From NCBI GenBank assembly GCA_002307245.1, contig DBTW01000107.1, forward strand, positions 1,976 through 65,975: a stretch of 64,000 bases of DNA. The letters are read 5' to 3'. Below the pieces are notes generated by a model. That model was not told the DNA's origin and did not search any database. It was given only the letters and a program-made list of their open reading frames with translations. Positions 49,347 to 58,174 of this stretch are shown in pieces; position 1 is the stretch's first letter, and the number at the start of each line of letters is the position of its first letter. The DNA comes from Spirochaetaceae bacterium UBA1306. GTDB lineage: Bacteria; Spirochaetota; Spirochaetia; Treponematales; Rectinemataceae. Both the position numbers and the translations under genes were made by a program.

Positions 49347-51389
49347 TCAACATTCTATGGCCTCGTCGAGGCCTTTCGCAAGCGCCGACTCGAAGGCACG
49401 CTCCGGCATGGGCTTCGCGAAGAGGAATCCCTGGTACTGATCGCAGCGCGCCGCGTCGAGCCAGGCGAACTGGTCGCGGGTCTCCACGCCCTCGGCGACG
49501 ACTGAGAAGCGCAGGACGTGCGCCAGGTCGATCACCGCGGAGGCGATGGCGGAGGCCCGTGGGTCGGAGGGCAGGGGCTCGACGAAGGATTGCGGGAGCT
49601 TCACGCAATCCACCGGGAAGTCGCGGAGGGCGGCGAAGGAAGAGTAGCCCGTGCCGAAGTCGTCGATCGTGATCGAGCAGCCGAGGGCCTTGAGCTCGGC
49701 CAACTTCTCGATCGCGTCGGCCCCCTCGTCCATGATCCCGCTCTCCGTGATCTCGAGGTCGAGCCGCGAGGCCGGCAGGCTGGTCGCGCCCAGGATGCTC
49801 CGAACGTCCCGCACTATGTCGTCGGAGCGGAATTGGAAGGGCGAGAGGTTGACCGAGACGGGGATGGGCTCGAGGCCGTTCCGCGCCCATGCCGCGGCGC
49901 TCGCGCAGGCTTTGGCGAGGACCATCCGGCCGAGGTCGCAGATGGAGCCCGACCGCTCGGCCTCTTGGATGAAGTCGGCGGGCTGGCGGAAATCGCCCTC
50001 GGGCAGGAGCCATCGCGCGAGGGCCTCGGCGCCGACGATCCGCCCCAGGGAGTCCACTTTGGGCTGGTACCAGGGCAGGAAGGCGCCGGAGCGCAAGGCC
50101 CCGCGCATTTGCTGCTCGATGAGGCCCTTGGCGAGGAGCCGCTCGTGGAGCGACGCGTCGTAGAGGCGATAGGAACCTGGGCCGTCCTCCTTGGCCAAGT
50201 GGAGGGCCACGCCGGAGGCTCGTATCAGCGCGTCGGGGCGGATGCCGTCGTTGGGGAAGAGGGCGAGCCCGAAGGAGGCGGAAAGTCCGATCTCCGACCC
50301 GTTCACGGAAAACGAGCGGTCGAAGGCGCGGCGCGACTTCTCGATGACCGCCTTGGCGTCCTCGGGGACTTTCATGTCGGAGAGTAGCACCAGGAAAACG
50401 TCGCCGCCCTCCCTGGCCACGAGGTCGTCGTCGCGGAAGGAGCGCATCAGCCGGTTCGCCGCCTCGATCAGGAGGGCGTCGCCGGCGCCCGGCCCGTGGA
50501 TCTCGGCCACTCGCTTGAAGCGGTCTATGCCGATCGCCATTACGCCGAGAATCCTTCCCCTGCCCGCGGCGACCTCGATCGCCTTCGCGAGTTCGAGCTC
50601 GAAATTTTCCCTGTTTCGCAGGCGCGTCAGGGAATCGTGGCTCTCCAGGAAATCGGCGCGCCGCTCCGCGTCGTGGCGCCCGGCCGCTTCTCGAAGCAGC
50701 GCGTCCTGGCGGTCGAAGAGCTCTTTCGCGAGCTTGTCCCGTGCGCTCATCGAGCGCCTCATGCCCTTCGAGAGCTGGGTTTCGGCGAAGCAGGCGAGGG
50801 TGCACGCTGTCGCCGCTGTGATGGTGGAGAGAGCGAATCCGAGAGCCTCGCCGGCCGGGAGCCCGCCTGCCGCGCGCCTCGCGGCGCCGATCGCCGCCAT
50901 GGCGACGACCTGGGCGGCGATAACCGCGAGGCCCCAACCGAAACTCAAGAGGATCGAGGCGATGGACGACGCGGCGCAGAGCCAAGCCGCCCCGGCGAAT
51001 AGGCTCGAGGGACGAGCGGCGAGGCAGGCGCCTGCGATGAAGAGGACCGCCACGATGGATGCCCTGGCCGGGAAGGAAGGCAGGACAGGGAGGAAGGAGA
51101 GGACGAGGATGGAAGCGTAGGCCGCCGACATTGCGATGGCGTAGGTGGCGTCCCCGTCTTTTATCGCGAGGAACAGTGCGGGGACAAGGAGGACGGCCCC
51201 TAGGATGGCGCACGTACGGAGCAAGCTGCGTGCCAGCTCCTGTTTTCCTTCATCGACAGCGTCGCGGAAGAGGGCCTGTCTATGATTGATTTCCGGGAAT
51301 GACGACCTTCGACGAAACCTACGCTTCTCGCCTCCGCCCCGGGAGAGAGTCTCTTTCCCGGGGCGAATCCCTATGTCTTCGACTTCCAC
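49347..51389 (-). CDS. membrane-anchored protein with degenerate GGDEF (GGDVF) and intact EAL domains, putative c-di-GMP phosphodiesterase
   Basis: N-terminal multi-TM region. The GGDEF fold carries REGGDVF in place of GG(D/E)EF. EAL motifs [16 protein letters not shown] and AEGVET are present. Start codon uncertain. Confidence 0.88.
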   Translation of the reverse strand: MEVEDIGIRPGKETLSRGGGEKRRFRRRSSFPEINHRQALFRDAVDEGKQELARSLLRTCAILGAVLLVPALFLAIKDGDATYAIAMSAAYASILVLSFLPVLPSFPARASIVAVLFIAGACLAARPSSLFAGAAWLCAASSIASILLSFGWGLAVIAAQVVAMAAIGAARRAAGGLPAGEALGFALSTITAATACTLACFAETQLSKGMRRSMSARDKLAKELFDRQDALLREAAGRHDAERRADFLESHDSLTRLRNRENFELELAKAIEVAAGRGRILGVMAIGIDRFKRVAEIHGPGAGDALLIEAANRLMRSFRDDDLVAREGGDVFLVLLSDMKVPEDAKAVIEKSRRAFDRSFSVNGSEIGLSASFGLALFPNDGIRPDALIRASGVALHLAKEDGPGSYRLYDASLHERLLAKGLIEQQMRGALRSGAFLPWYQPKVDSLGRIVGAEALARWLLPEGDFRQPADFIQEAERSGSICDLGRMVLAKACASAAAWARNGLEPIPVSVNLSPFQFRSDDIVRDVRSILGATSLPASRLDLEITESGIMDEGADAIEKLAELKALGCSITIDDFGTGYSSFAALRDFPVDCVKLPQSFVEPLPSDPRASAIASAVIDLAHVLRFSVVAEGVETRDQFAWLDAARCDQYQGFLFAKPMPERAFESALAKGLDEAIEC

Positions 51390-51482
51390 CGATACTCCAT
51401 ACAGGAACGGAACCTATTTTCGCATTCTAGAATAAAATTAATCTTTAGTTAAGCGTGGGAGGATAGCGGAATTGGGGACTCC

Positions 51483-51511
51483 TTGACTGAGCCTTGCCCG
51501 CATAGTAGAAC
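51483..51511 (+). promoter_or_regulatory. possible promoter of tRNA-Leu
   Basis: TTGACT, a 17-nt spacer, then TAGAAC, about 10 nt before the tRNA. The -10 is weak. Confidence 0.3.
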
Positions 51512-51520
51512 CTGAACGCC

Positions 51521-51603
51521 GCCGGCATGGTGAAATGGCATACACGGCAGACTCAAAATCTGCTGCCAGCGATGGCTTGAGGGTTCAAGTCCCTCTGCCG
51601 GCA
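51521..51603 (+). tRNA. tRNA-Leu (CAA anticodon)
   Basis: Acceptor GCCGGCA/TGCCGGC, anticodon loop CTCAAAA, long variable arm, T-arm GAGGG-TTCAAGT-CCCTC, discriminator A. Confidence 0.93.
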
Positions 51604-51661
51604 TGAATCGTTGTCGTTTTTTCGGTGGTCGACGCAAGTCCCTTCGGCGTATCCTCTGCGC

Positions 51662-52717
51662 ATGGACCAGATCAAGCTCGAGCTTCCTTCCGTGGAAGTG
51701 ATGGAAGCCGCCTTCCGGGGCCGCGACGCCTCCTTCGACGGCATTTTTTTCGCCGCTGTCGCTACTACCGGCATTTTTTGCAGACCGTCCTGCCCTGCTC
51801 GCAAACCCCTTCCCGGGAATACGGTCTTCTACGCGACGGCGGCCGAGGCCCTCTTCGCCGGCTATCGTCCCTGCCTGCGCTGCAAGCCCTTATTCTCTTC
51901 GGACGACCCCGATTGGCTGCGCGAGCTCGTCGCGCGGGTCGAATCCGAGCCTAGGGGCCGCATCAAGGAATCCGAGCTTAAGTCCATGGGCCTCGATCCC
52001 GCGACGGTACGGCGTCGCTTCAAGTCCCGCTACGGCATGAGCTTCCAGGCCTTCCAGCGCGCCCGCCGCCTAGCCTCGGCCTTCGAAGCCATCAAGGAGG
52101 GAGGGAGCATAGACGACGCGGTCTTCGATCATGGATACGATTCCCACTCGGGCTTCCGCGACGCCTTCGCGAAGCTCTTCGGCGAAGCCCCCGGCAAGGC
52201 CGCGGGCTCGGACTACATCCGCCTGGCTTGGATCGAGAGCCCTCTTGGGCCTCTCGTGGCGGGGGCCGTCGATAGGGGCATATGCCTGCTCGAGTTCACG
52301 GACAGGCGCATGCTCGAGGCCCAGGCCGAGGCGCTGCGCCTCCGGTTCCGCCTGCCGGCGGCTCCCGCGCCTCACGCGCTGCTCGAGCGCCTGGAGGCCG
52401 AGCTGGCCGAGTACTTCTCGGGCAGTCGCCGGGAATTCGATCTGCCCTTGCTCGAGCCGGGCACGCCGTTCCAGGAGCGAGTCTGGGCAGCGCTTCGCGA
52501 GATACCCTGCGGCGAGACCAGGAGCTACGGAGACCTGGCGCGCGCGTTAGGCGATCCAGGTGCCGTCCGCGCGGTCGCCCAGGCCAACGGACGAAACAGG
52601 ATCGCGATTCTCGTGCCCTGCCACCGGGTCATCGGGTCGGACGGCGGCCTAGGGGGCTACGGCGGGGGCCTTTGGCGCAAGCGGCGCCTCCTCGAGATCG
52701 AGCGCCATGGCCATTGA
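51662..52717 (+). CDS. ada: bifunctional Ada protein: Zn methylphosphotriester-repair domain, AraC HTH and O6-methylguanine-DNA methyltransferase
   Basis: Has FCRPSCPARKP, an AraC-type HTH, and a C-terminal PCHRVIG active site. Confidence 0.88.
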   Translation: MDQIKLELPSVEVMEAAFRGRDASFDGIFFAAVATTGIFCRPSCPARKPLPGNTVFYATAAEALFAGYRPCLRCKPLFSSDDPDWLRELVARVESEPRGRIKESELKSMGLDPATVRRRFKSRYGMSFQAFQRARRLASAFEAIKEGGSIDDAVFDHGYDSHSGFRDAFAKLFGEAPGKAAGSDYIRLAWIESPLGPLVAGAVDRGICLLEFTDRRMLEAQAEALRLRFRLPAAPAPHALLERLEAELAEYFSGSRREFDLPLLEPGTPFQERVWAALREIPCGETRSYGDLARALGDPGAVRAVAQANGRNRIAILVPCHRVIGSDGGLGGYGGGLWRKRRLLEIERHGH

Positions 52718-52748
52718 TCGCGGGCCCGACGCAGGGCATCTTCTTCCC

Positions 52749-53093
52749 ATGACCTCGACCGAGTGCCGGCCCGGCTGCGCGGCCTGCTGCATCGCGCCTT
52801 CGATCTCCTCGCCCATACCCGGGATGCCGCGGGGAAAGGCGGCCGGAGTCGCCTGCGCCCAGCTGTCGGGCGAAGGCATGTGCTCCCTGTTCGGCCGGCA
52901 CGAGCGGCCGTCAGTCTGCGTTTCGCTCGCGGCCTCGCCCGAGATGTGTGGCTCCTCCCGCGAGGAGGCCCTCGCCTACCTCGCCGAGCTCGAGCGCGCC
53001 ACTGCGCCTTCGGCGGGCTCCCCGGTGTCCCCCGCGGAGCCCGCCGAGGAAGCGTCGCGCGCGGCGCAGGCGGGGCACAGGCCCTCGGCGTAG
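52749..53093 (+). CDS. YkgJ-family Cys-cluster (Zn/Fe-chelating) protein
   Basis: CRPGCAACC followed by C....G.CSLF..RP.VC. Start is either 52707 or 52749. Confidence 0.65.
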   Translation: MTSTECRPGCAACCIAPSISSPIPGMPRGKAAGVACAQLSGEGMCSLFGRHERPSVCVSLAASPEMCGSSREEALAYLAELERATAPSAGSPVSPAEPAEEASRAAQAGHRPSA

Positions 53094-53455
53094 AACTGCG
53101 AGGACTCCACGACGTAGCCCTCGGGCGCGATCGGCCCTTCGGGCGCAGGGACGCCGGGCAGGTCGGAGACTGCGCCGCAGGAGCGGCAGCGGAAGTGCAC
53201 GTGGGGCGCCGTTTCGGCGTCGTAGCGCAGCTCGCTGCCCGAGAGAGCGAGCCGCTGGGCAAGGCCCTTTCTCGCGAAAAGGTCGAGGGTCGAGAATACC
53301 GTGGTCCTTGAGAGCGTCGGCATCTCGGGAGCCAGGCGCCGATGGATCCAATCGGCCGAGGGGTGCGACTTTACCTCGGCGAGGGCCTCGTATATCCGTA
53401 TGCGCTGCTGTGAGGGCTGGATTCCTCGCTCGCGTAGCATTTCCGTTGCTTTCAT
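52976..53455 (-). CDS. Fur-family regulator, PerR-like
   Basis: QR..I...L.....HPSADWI N-terminal wHTH. HVHFRCRSCG and CPAC Zn sites. Lies downstream of rubrerythrin on the same strand. The 29-aa non-conserved tail overlaps the convergent ykgJ-like ORF. Confidence 0.85.
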   Translation of the reverse strand: MKATEMLRERGIQPSQQRIRIYEALAEVKSHPSADWIHRRLAPEMPTLSRTTVFSTLDLFARKGLAQRLALSGSELRYDAETAPHVHFRCRSCGAVSDLPGVPAPEGPIAPEGYVVESSQFYAEGLCPACAARDASSAGSAGDTGEPAEGAVARSSSAR

Positions 53456-53531
53456 CGTCGTCCTCGGCCTCCGTGCGGCCCCATCCGGTTATCGCGCCGG
53501 GGGAAGGCCGCCGCGGAGGCCAGTATAGCGA

Positions 53532-54080
53532 TTACTTGAAGTAGCGCGCGAGGAGGCCGCGGAATCCGGCGCCGTGCCGTGCTTCGTCCTTGCACATCTC
53601 GTGGACGGTATCGTGGATGGCGTCGTAGCCGAGCTCCTTGGCTCGCTTGGCCAGCTTGAGCTTGCCTTCGCAGGCGCCGAACTCGGCCTCGGCCCTGAGG
53701 GCCAGGTTCTTCTTGGTGTCGGCGAAGACCACCTCGCCGAGGAGCTCGGCGAAGCGGGAGGCATGGTCAGCTTCCTCGAAGGCGTAGCGCTTATAGGCTT
53801 CGGCAACCTCGGGATAGCCCTCGCGCTCGGCCTGCCGGCTCATGGCGAGATACATGCCGACCTCGGTGCACTCGCCCGAGAAATTCATGCGCAGGCCCTC
53901 GACCACCTCGGCATCGAGGCCCTTCGCTACGCCGATGCGATGCTCGTCGGCGAAGGGCGCTTGGGCGCTATCCTTCTTCTCGACGAATTTCTCGGCCGGA
54001 GCATGGCACTGGGGGCATTGGGCGGGAGGCTCGTCGCCGACGAAGATGTAGCCGCAGATCGTGCATACGAATGTTTTCAT
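53532..54080 (-). CDS. reverse rubrerythrin (N-terminal rubredoxin-like domain, C-terminal di-iron four-helix bundle)
   Basis: [13 protein letters not shown]...CPQCHA is followed by ferritin-like EGECTE.../E..H motifs. AGGAG SD. The track ORF opens at 54104. Confidence 0.9.
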   Translation of the reverse strand: MKTFVCTICGYIFVGDEPPAQCPQCHAPAEKFVEKKDSAQAPFADEHRIGVAKGLDAEVVEGLRMNFSGECTEVGMYLAMSRQAEREGYPEVAEAYKRYAFEEADHASRFAELLGEVVFADTKKNLALRAEAEFGACEGKLKLAKRAKELGYDAIHDTVHEMCKDEARHGAGFRGLLARYFK

Positions 54081-54115
54081 GAGAACTCCTTGGTTTAGAT
54101 ACAAGATTGAACTAG

Positions 54116-54144
54116 ATACTATACTGAGCTAAGTTTTCTTGCAA
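54116..54144 (-). promoter_or_regulatory. sigma70-type promoter of rubrerythrin-perR
   Basis: The minus strand reads TTGCAA, a 17-nt spacer, then TAGTAT. A GTATCTA direct repeat overlaps the -10 and the leader. Confidence 0.5.
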
Positions 54145-54322
54145 GAGCCTTTTTTGTTCCTCGAATCTTGTTGTTTTGAAGATTAAAAATGATGCGACGA
54201 AGGCATCGCGTAATTCATGCGGAGCCAAGGCGGGATCGTCATCTATGGAGAGGCTGCGGGATTCGGAGAGGCCAATAATGTGGCCCCGCTCGAGGCCTTA
54301 CGCGATCTTGGTCGCCTTGTAA

Positions 54323-54351
54323 TTGACATGGGCCGGGGCAATCCGTAGAGT
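54323..54351 (+). promoter_or_regulatory. sigma70-type promoter of the MFS transporter gene (near-leaderless)
   Basis: TTGACA, a 17-nt spacer, then TAGAGT. The -10 ends 9 nt before the ATG at 54361 and there is no SD. Confidence 0.5.
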
Positions 54352-54360
54352 CAGGCCCTC

Positions 54361-55794
54361 ATGCTCGAATCCGCGCGCCCCGATCGCTGGAAGATCCTTC
54401 CCGTCGTCTTGCTCGCGCCCTTAATGGGCAGCCTCGACGGAAGCATCGTCAACGTAGCCCTTCCCTCCATGGCCAAGGAACTCGGCGTCGGCCTGGACGG
54501 CGCCCAATGGGCGGTCTCGAGCTACCTTATAGTTATCTCGGCCCTCATCCTCGTCTTCGGGAAGATCGCCGACCAGCTGGGAAAATCACGGGTCTTCCGC
54601 TGGGGCTTCCTGGTCTTCGGCGCTGGATCCCTCCTCTGCGCCTTCGCGTGGAGTCTCCCTGTCTTGATCGCCGCGCGGTCTTTCCAGGCGATCGGCGCCT
54701 CGATGTTCATGTCCTCGAATCAGGCTATCATCGCGTCCATCTTCCCGCACGAGGAGCGGGGCCGCGCCCTGGGCCTTCTTGGCACTACGGTCGCTATCGG
54801 CACGATGATTGGGCCTCCCCTCGGCGGGATCATGGTCGAGCTCTTCGGCTGGCCCTCGCTCTTCCTGGTCAACATACCGATCTCGATCTTCGCCTTTATC
54901 GCGGGCGGGGCGATGCTGCCCCGGGAGACGCGCAAGGGCGGCCTCTCCGGCTTCGACGTAATCGGAGCTGCGCTCTTCGCGGCCTTCATCATGAGCCTGT
55001 TTTACTTCCTCTTGAGCGGGCAATCCGGCGGCTGGACTTCGGTCTCGCAGCTCGCCTTGGCGGCCTTGGCGGCCGCCTGCTTCGGACTGTTCCTGGCGCG
55101 GGAGCGCAGCGCCGCGAACCCCATGCTCGACCTGTCCATATTCCGATCGGGGCTCTTCTCGGTCAGCGTCGCCTGCGTGCTCCTGGTCTTCTGCGCGACC
55201 TTCTGCATCAATATCGTCCAGCCCTTTTACTTGCAAGACATATTGGGACTCGCCCCCGCCGCGGCGGGGCTCGTGCTCCTGGCTTCGCCCCTCGCGAGCG
55301 GGCTCATCGCGCCGCTGTCAGGCTACCTCGCCGACCGTGTCGGGGCCGAGGCCCTTACCGTCGCCGGCCTCGTCGCGGAACTGGCCTCCTTGGCCCTCAT
55401 GACCCTCCTTGGGCCGAGCTCGAGCCCCTTCGCGGCCGCGGCCTGTCTCGCGCTCTTCGGGCTAGGGGGCGGCATCTTCGGATCGCCTAACACAAAGCTG
55501 ATAATGGCCCACGCGCCCCGCGATAAGCTGGGCGTCGCCGGAAGCGTCAACTCTCTCGCCCGCAACATGGGCATGGTATCGGGCATTGCCTTCGCCGTGA
55601 GCATCCTTTATGGCGTGATGGGCGCGCGCCTTGGACACAAGGTTAGCGGCTACGCTCCAGGGGAGGATGCCGCCTTCACCGCGGGCATGCGGGCGACCTT
55701 CCTCGCGGCGGCCTGCCTCGTCGGCGCGGCGATCGCGCTTACGATAGTCCGCGCCGCCAGGAGCCGCCCCGGCGACGAGCTCGGCACGCAATGA
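54361..55794 (+). CDS. MFS transporter, DHA2/EmrB-like (about 14 TM)
   Basis: N-terminal LDGSIVNVALPSM, the length and the hydrophobic segment count. Confidence 0.88.
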   Translation: MLESARPDRWKILPVVLLAPLMGSLDGSIVNVALPSMAKELGVGLDGAQWAVSSYLIVISALILVFGKIADQLGKSRVFRWGFLVFGAGSLLCAFAWSLPVLIAARSFQAIGASMFMSSNQAIIASIFPHEERGRALGLLGTTVAIGTMIGPPLGGIMVELFGWPSLFLVNIPISIFAFIAGGAMLPRETRKGGLSGFDVIGAALFAAFIMSLFYFLLSGQSGGWTSVSQLALAALAAACFGLFLARERSAANPMLDLSIFRSGLFSVSVACVLLVFCATFCINIVQPFYLQDILGLAPAAAGLVLLASPLASGLIAPLSGYLADRVGAEALTVAGLVAELASLALMTLLGPSSSPFAAAACLALFGLGGGIFGSPNTKLIMAHAPRDKLGVAGSVNSLARNMGMVSGIAFAVSILYGVMGARLGHKVSGYAPGEDAAFTAGMRATFLAAACLVGAAIALTIVRAARSRPGDELGTQ

Positions 55795-55806
55795 GCGGGA
55801 AGCCAA

Positions 55807-56532
55807 ATGGACGCTAGCGGGATAGCCGCGATCTGCGGCGCCGCCTTCATTACAGGCTTCTCGAAGGCAGGGGTTCCGGGGATCGGCATACTGGCTCCGG
55901 TTCTCGCCGCGATGGCGATGCCTGCGAGGGTCTCCACCGGTTTCCTCCTTCCCATCCTAATCGAGGGAGACTGCATCGCCGTCGGCTATTGGAGGCGAAA
56001 GGCCGCTTGGCGCAGTCTTTTCCGGGTCCTGCCCTGGACTGCCCTGGGCGTCGTCGCGGGCTATTTCCTCATGGGCTACTTGAGCGACGCGGCATTCAAG
56101 CCCCTGCTCGGCGCGATGATTCTCGCGATCGTCGGCCTAGATCTATTGCGTCGGGCCTTGAGAATCGAGTTACGGTCGGACAATAGAGCCTTAGCCGCCG
56201 CAGTCGGCGTCCTCGCCGGCGTATTCACGATGCTTGCCAACGCCGCGGGCCCCGTGATGGCGATCTACCTTCTGTCGATGGGCCTCGAAAAGGACGAGTT
56301 CGTCGGAACGAGCGCCTGGTTCTACTTTATCGTCAACCTGTTCAAGCTGCCCTTCAGCTTGGCCTTGGGCCTCGTAAGCCTTTCTACGTTGAAGCTCGAC
56401 CTTATGCTCCTGCCTCTGGTGATCGTCGGGAGCGTCGCCGGTGTCCTGACCCTGAAGAGGCTGCCGCAAAAGGCCTTCAACCTGATCGCGCAGGCCTTGG
56501 CGATAGCCGGGGGGATTAGGCTGTTCTTCTAG
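55807..56532 (+). CDS. TauE/SafE-family anion exporter
   Basis: 241 aa with 7-8 TM. The FITGFSKAGVPGIG motif is typical of TauE/SafE. Confidence 0.85.
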   Translation: MDASGIAAICGAAFITGFSKAGVPGIGILAPVLAAMAMPARVSTGFLLPILIEGDCIAVGYWRRKAAWRSLFRVLPWTALGVVAGYFLMGYLSDAAFKPLLGAMILAIVGLDLLRRALRIELRSDNRALAAAVGVLAGVFTMLANAAGPVMAIYLLSMGLEKDEFVGTSAWFYFIVNLFKLPFSLALGLVSLSTLKLDLMLLPLVIVGSVAGVLTLKRLPQKAFNLIAQALAIAGGIRLFF

Positions 56533-56604
56533 TCGGTAGCCTCGCGTTTTCCGCGCCAATTCACGGGCATCGCGGCCCTGGCGGGCTTATACTGAAACTC
56601 AGCC

Positions 56605-57477
56605 ATGGCACCCAGGAATAGAGTCCGCGTTCGATTCATCGTCCGCCCCAATTTCGCCGGGACCAACGCCTGGCTCGCCCTGCGCGAGGACTTTTCGCCC
56701 GAGGACGCCGGGGACGGGGCTCAACGAAGGGAGCTCGCGCGCCGATTCGCCTCGATCCAGGTCTGGTTCTCCGACCTGGACGACTTCGATACCGCCTCTC
56801 CCGCCAAGATCATCGCCAGGAAGGCCGTGGGCGCGGGCCGCCTCAACCCGTCCTACCTGCGATGGGCTTTCGAGACCCTTTTCCTATTCTGCCGGTACGG
56901 CCGGAAGGACGGCGAGAGCAAGAGCTGGAAGCTCTATTACGATGCCTTCCTCAAGGCCGACTCCGAGCACGATTGGCTGAAGGACGAGGCTTTCCGCTTC
57001 ATCGACGCCTTGCTGACGCCCCGCGAGATCGAGGCGCTCCTTTATCCCGCTGTGAGGGAATTCTACGCGGGATTCGGCGCGGAGAAGTATCTCGTCACGC
57101 GGAGCCTCGAGCGCATAGCCTATCGATACTCCAGGGTCCTGCCCTACGAAGGCTATTACCATGAGGTGAAGGACAAGGCGCGTGTCGTAGAGTCCTTCAT
57201 CAGGTCGAGGCCGGAAATCCGGCGCTACGGATCGGGTGGCGACTCGATCGAGGATGCCGAGCTCGCGGAGATGTTGGCCTTCTATCACGCGAAGGGCTGG
57301 ATCGAGGAGCCCCTATGCCTCTATAGGGCGGCTTCTCCCCTGAGGTTGGATAAGGCCTTCAACGTCTTCGTGGGTAAGGACCGCGGCGCCTTGTCGGCCA
57401 TACTCGCCGAGGGCCGGACCTCCGTCGACGAGGGATGCAGGGCCATGAGGCAGGCTTCCACGCCTACGGCGCCTTGA
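56605..57477 (+). CDS. hypothetical cytoplasmic protein
   Basis: 290-aa ORF with GC-rich third positions. No family recognised. The 3' end overlaps pth by 14 nt (convergent). Confidence 0.6.
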   Translation: MAPRNRVRVRFIVRPNFAGTNAWLALREDFSPEDAGDGAQRRELARRFASIQVWFSDLDDFDTASPAKIIARKAVGAGRLNPSYLRWAFETLFLFCRYGRKDGESKSWKLYYDAFLKADSEHDWLKDEAFRFIDALLTPREIEALLYPAVREFYAGFGAEKYLVTRSLERIAYRYSRVLPYEGYYHEVKDKARVVESFIRSRPEIRRYGSGGDSIEDAELAEMLAFYHAKGWIEEPLCLYRAASPLRLDKAFNVFVGKDRGALSAILAEGRTSVDEGCRAMRQASTPTAP

Positions 57478-58036
57478 ACTTCTGGTACTTCGCAAGGGCT
57501 TTCTCGAAGCCCTCGGACTCTATCGCGTCGAGGGCCTTGGCCGCGGCGGGGAATATGGAGGCCTCTAGGGCCTCGCGCTCCTCGCGGGCGAAATCCGAGA
57601 GCACGTAGCCGGCGATGTCGTCGTGATCGGGGCGGCCGATGCCGAAGCGCATGCGGGCGAAGTCCCGCGTGCCCAGGCGCGCCTCGAGGGATCGCAGGCC
57701 GTTGTGTCCGCCGAGGCCGCCGCCCTGCTTCAGGCCGAAGCAGCCGAAGGCCATCTCAAGCTCATCGTGGATCGCGAGGATCTCGCCGTTATCGATCTGG
57801 AAGAAGCGCATGAGCTCCGCGGCCGAGTCGCCGGAGAGGTTCATGTAGGTCTCGGGAAGGAGGAGCCAGATCCTGCCCGCCTCCGTCTCGCGCGTCGCGT
57901 ATCGTCCCTTGAATTTGCGCTCCCAGCGGAGCTCGCCGTAGAAGGGCAGGGATTCGAGGAACTGCCAGGAAACGTTGTGCCGATTGCGCGCGTACTCGCG
58001 CCCGTAGTTGCCGAGGAAGGCGTAGAGCTTGATCAC
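57464..58036 (-). CDS. pth: peptidyl-tRNA hydrolase
   Basis: GNYGREYARNRHN, MNLSG and GGHNGLRS motifs. Confidence 0.93.
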   Translation of the reverse strand: MIKLYAFLGNYGREYARNRHNVSWQFLESLPFYGELRWERKFKGRYATRETEAGRIWLLLPETYMNLSGDSAAELMRFFQIDNGEILAIHDELEMAFGCFGLKQGGGLGGHNGLRSLEARLGTRDFARMRFGIGRPDHDDIAGYVLSDFAREEREALEASIFPAAAKALDAIESEGFEKALAKYQKFKAP

Positions 58037-58174
58037 CTTTGTCTCTCCGGGCCTTATGTCCCTAAGGGGAGCTGTTTGACCGGCCTATACTCAGAATAGT
58101 ACACTCGAGGCCGCGGCCGTGGATACGGCCCCGAGTCGCGCGCGGCCCAGCATGAGCCGCCGCCGGAGGTCGCC

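Noticed and set aside
49336-51213. 625-aa ORF, the third-longest ORF on the minus strand
   Set aside because: It lies in another frame of the same strand as the GGDEF-EAL gene and is almost entirely R/P/G-rich. The GGDEF-EAL frame has clear domain motifs. It is a shadow ORF typical of high-GC DNA.
54190-54279. 29-aa Arg-rich small ORF (MMRRRHRVIHAEPRR...) in the rubrerythrin-MFS spacer
   Set aside because: It has no SD, an extreme composition and no recognisable peptide family. It is probably a chance ORF.
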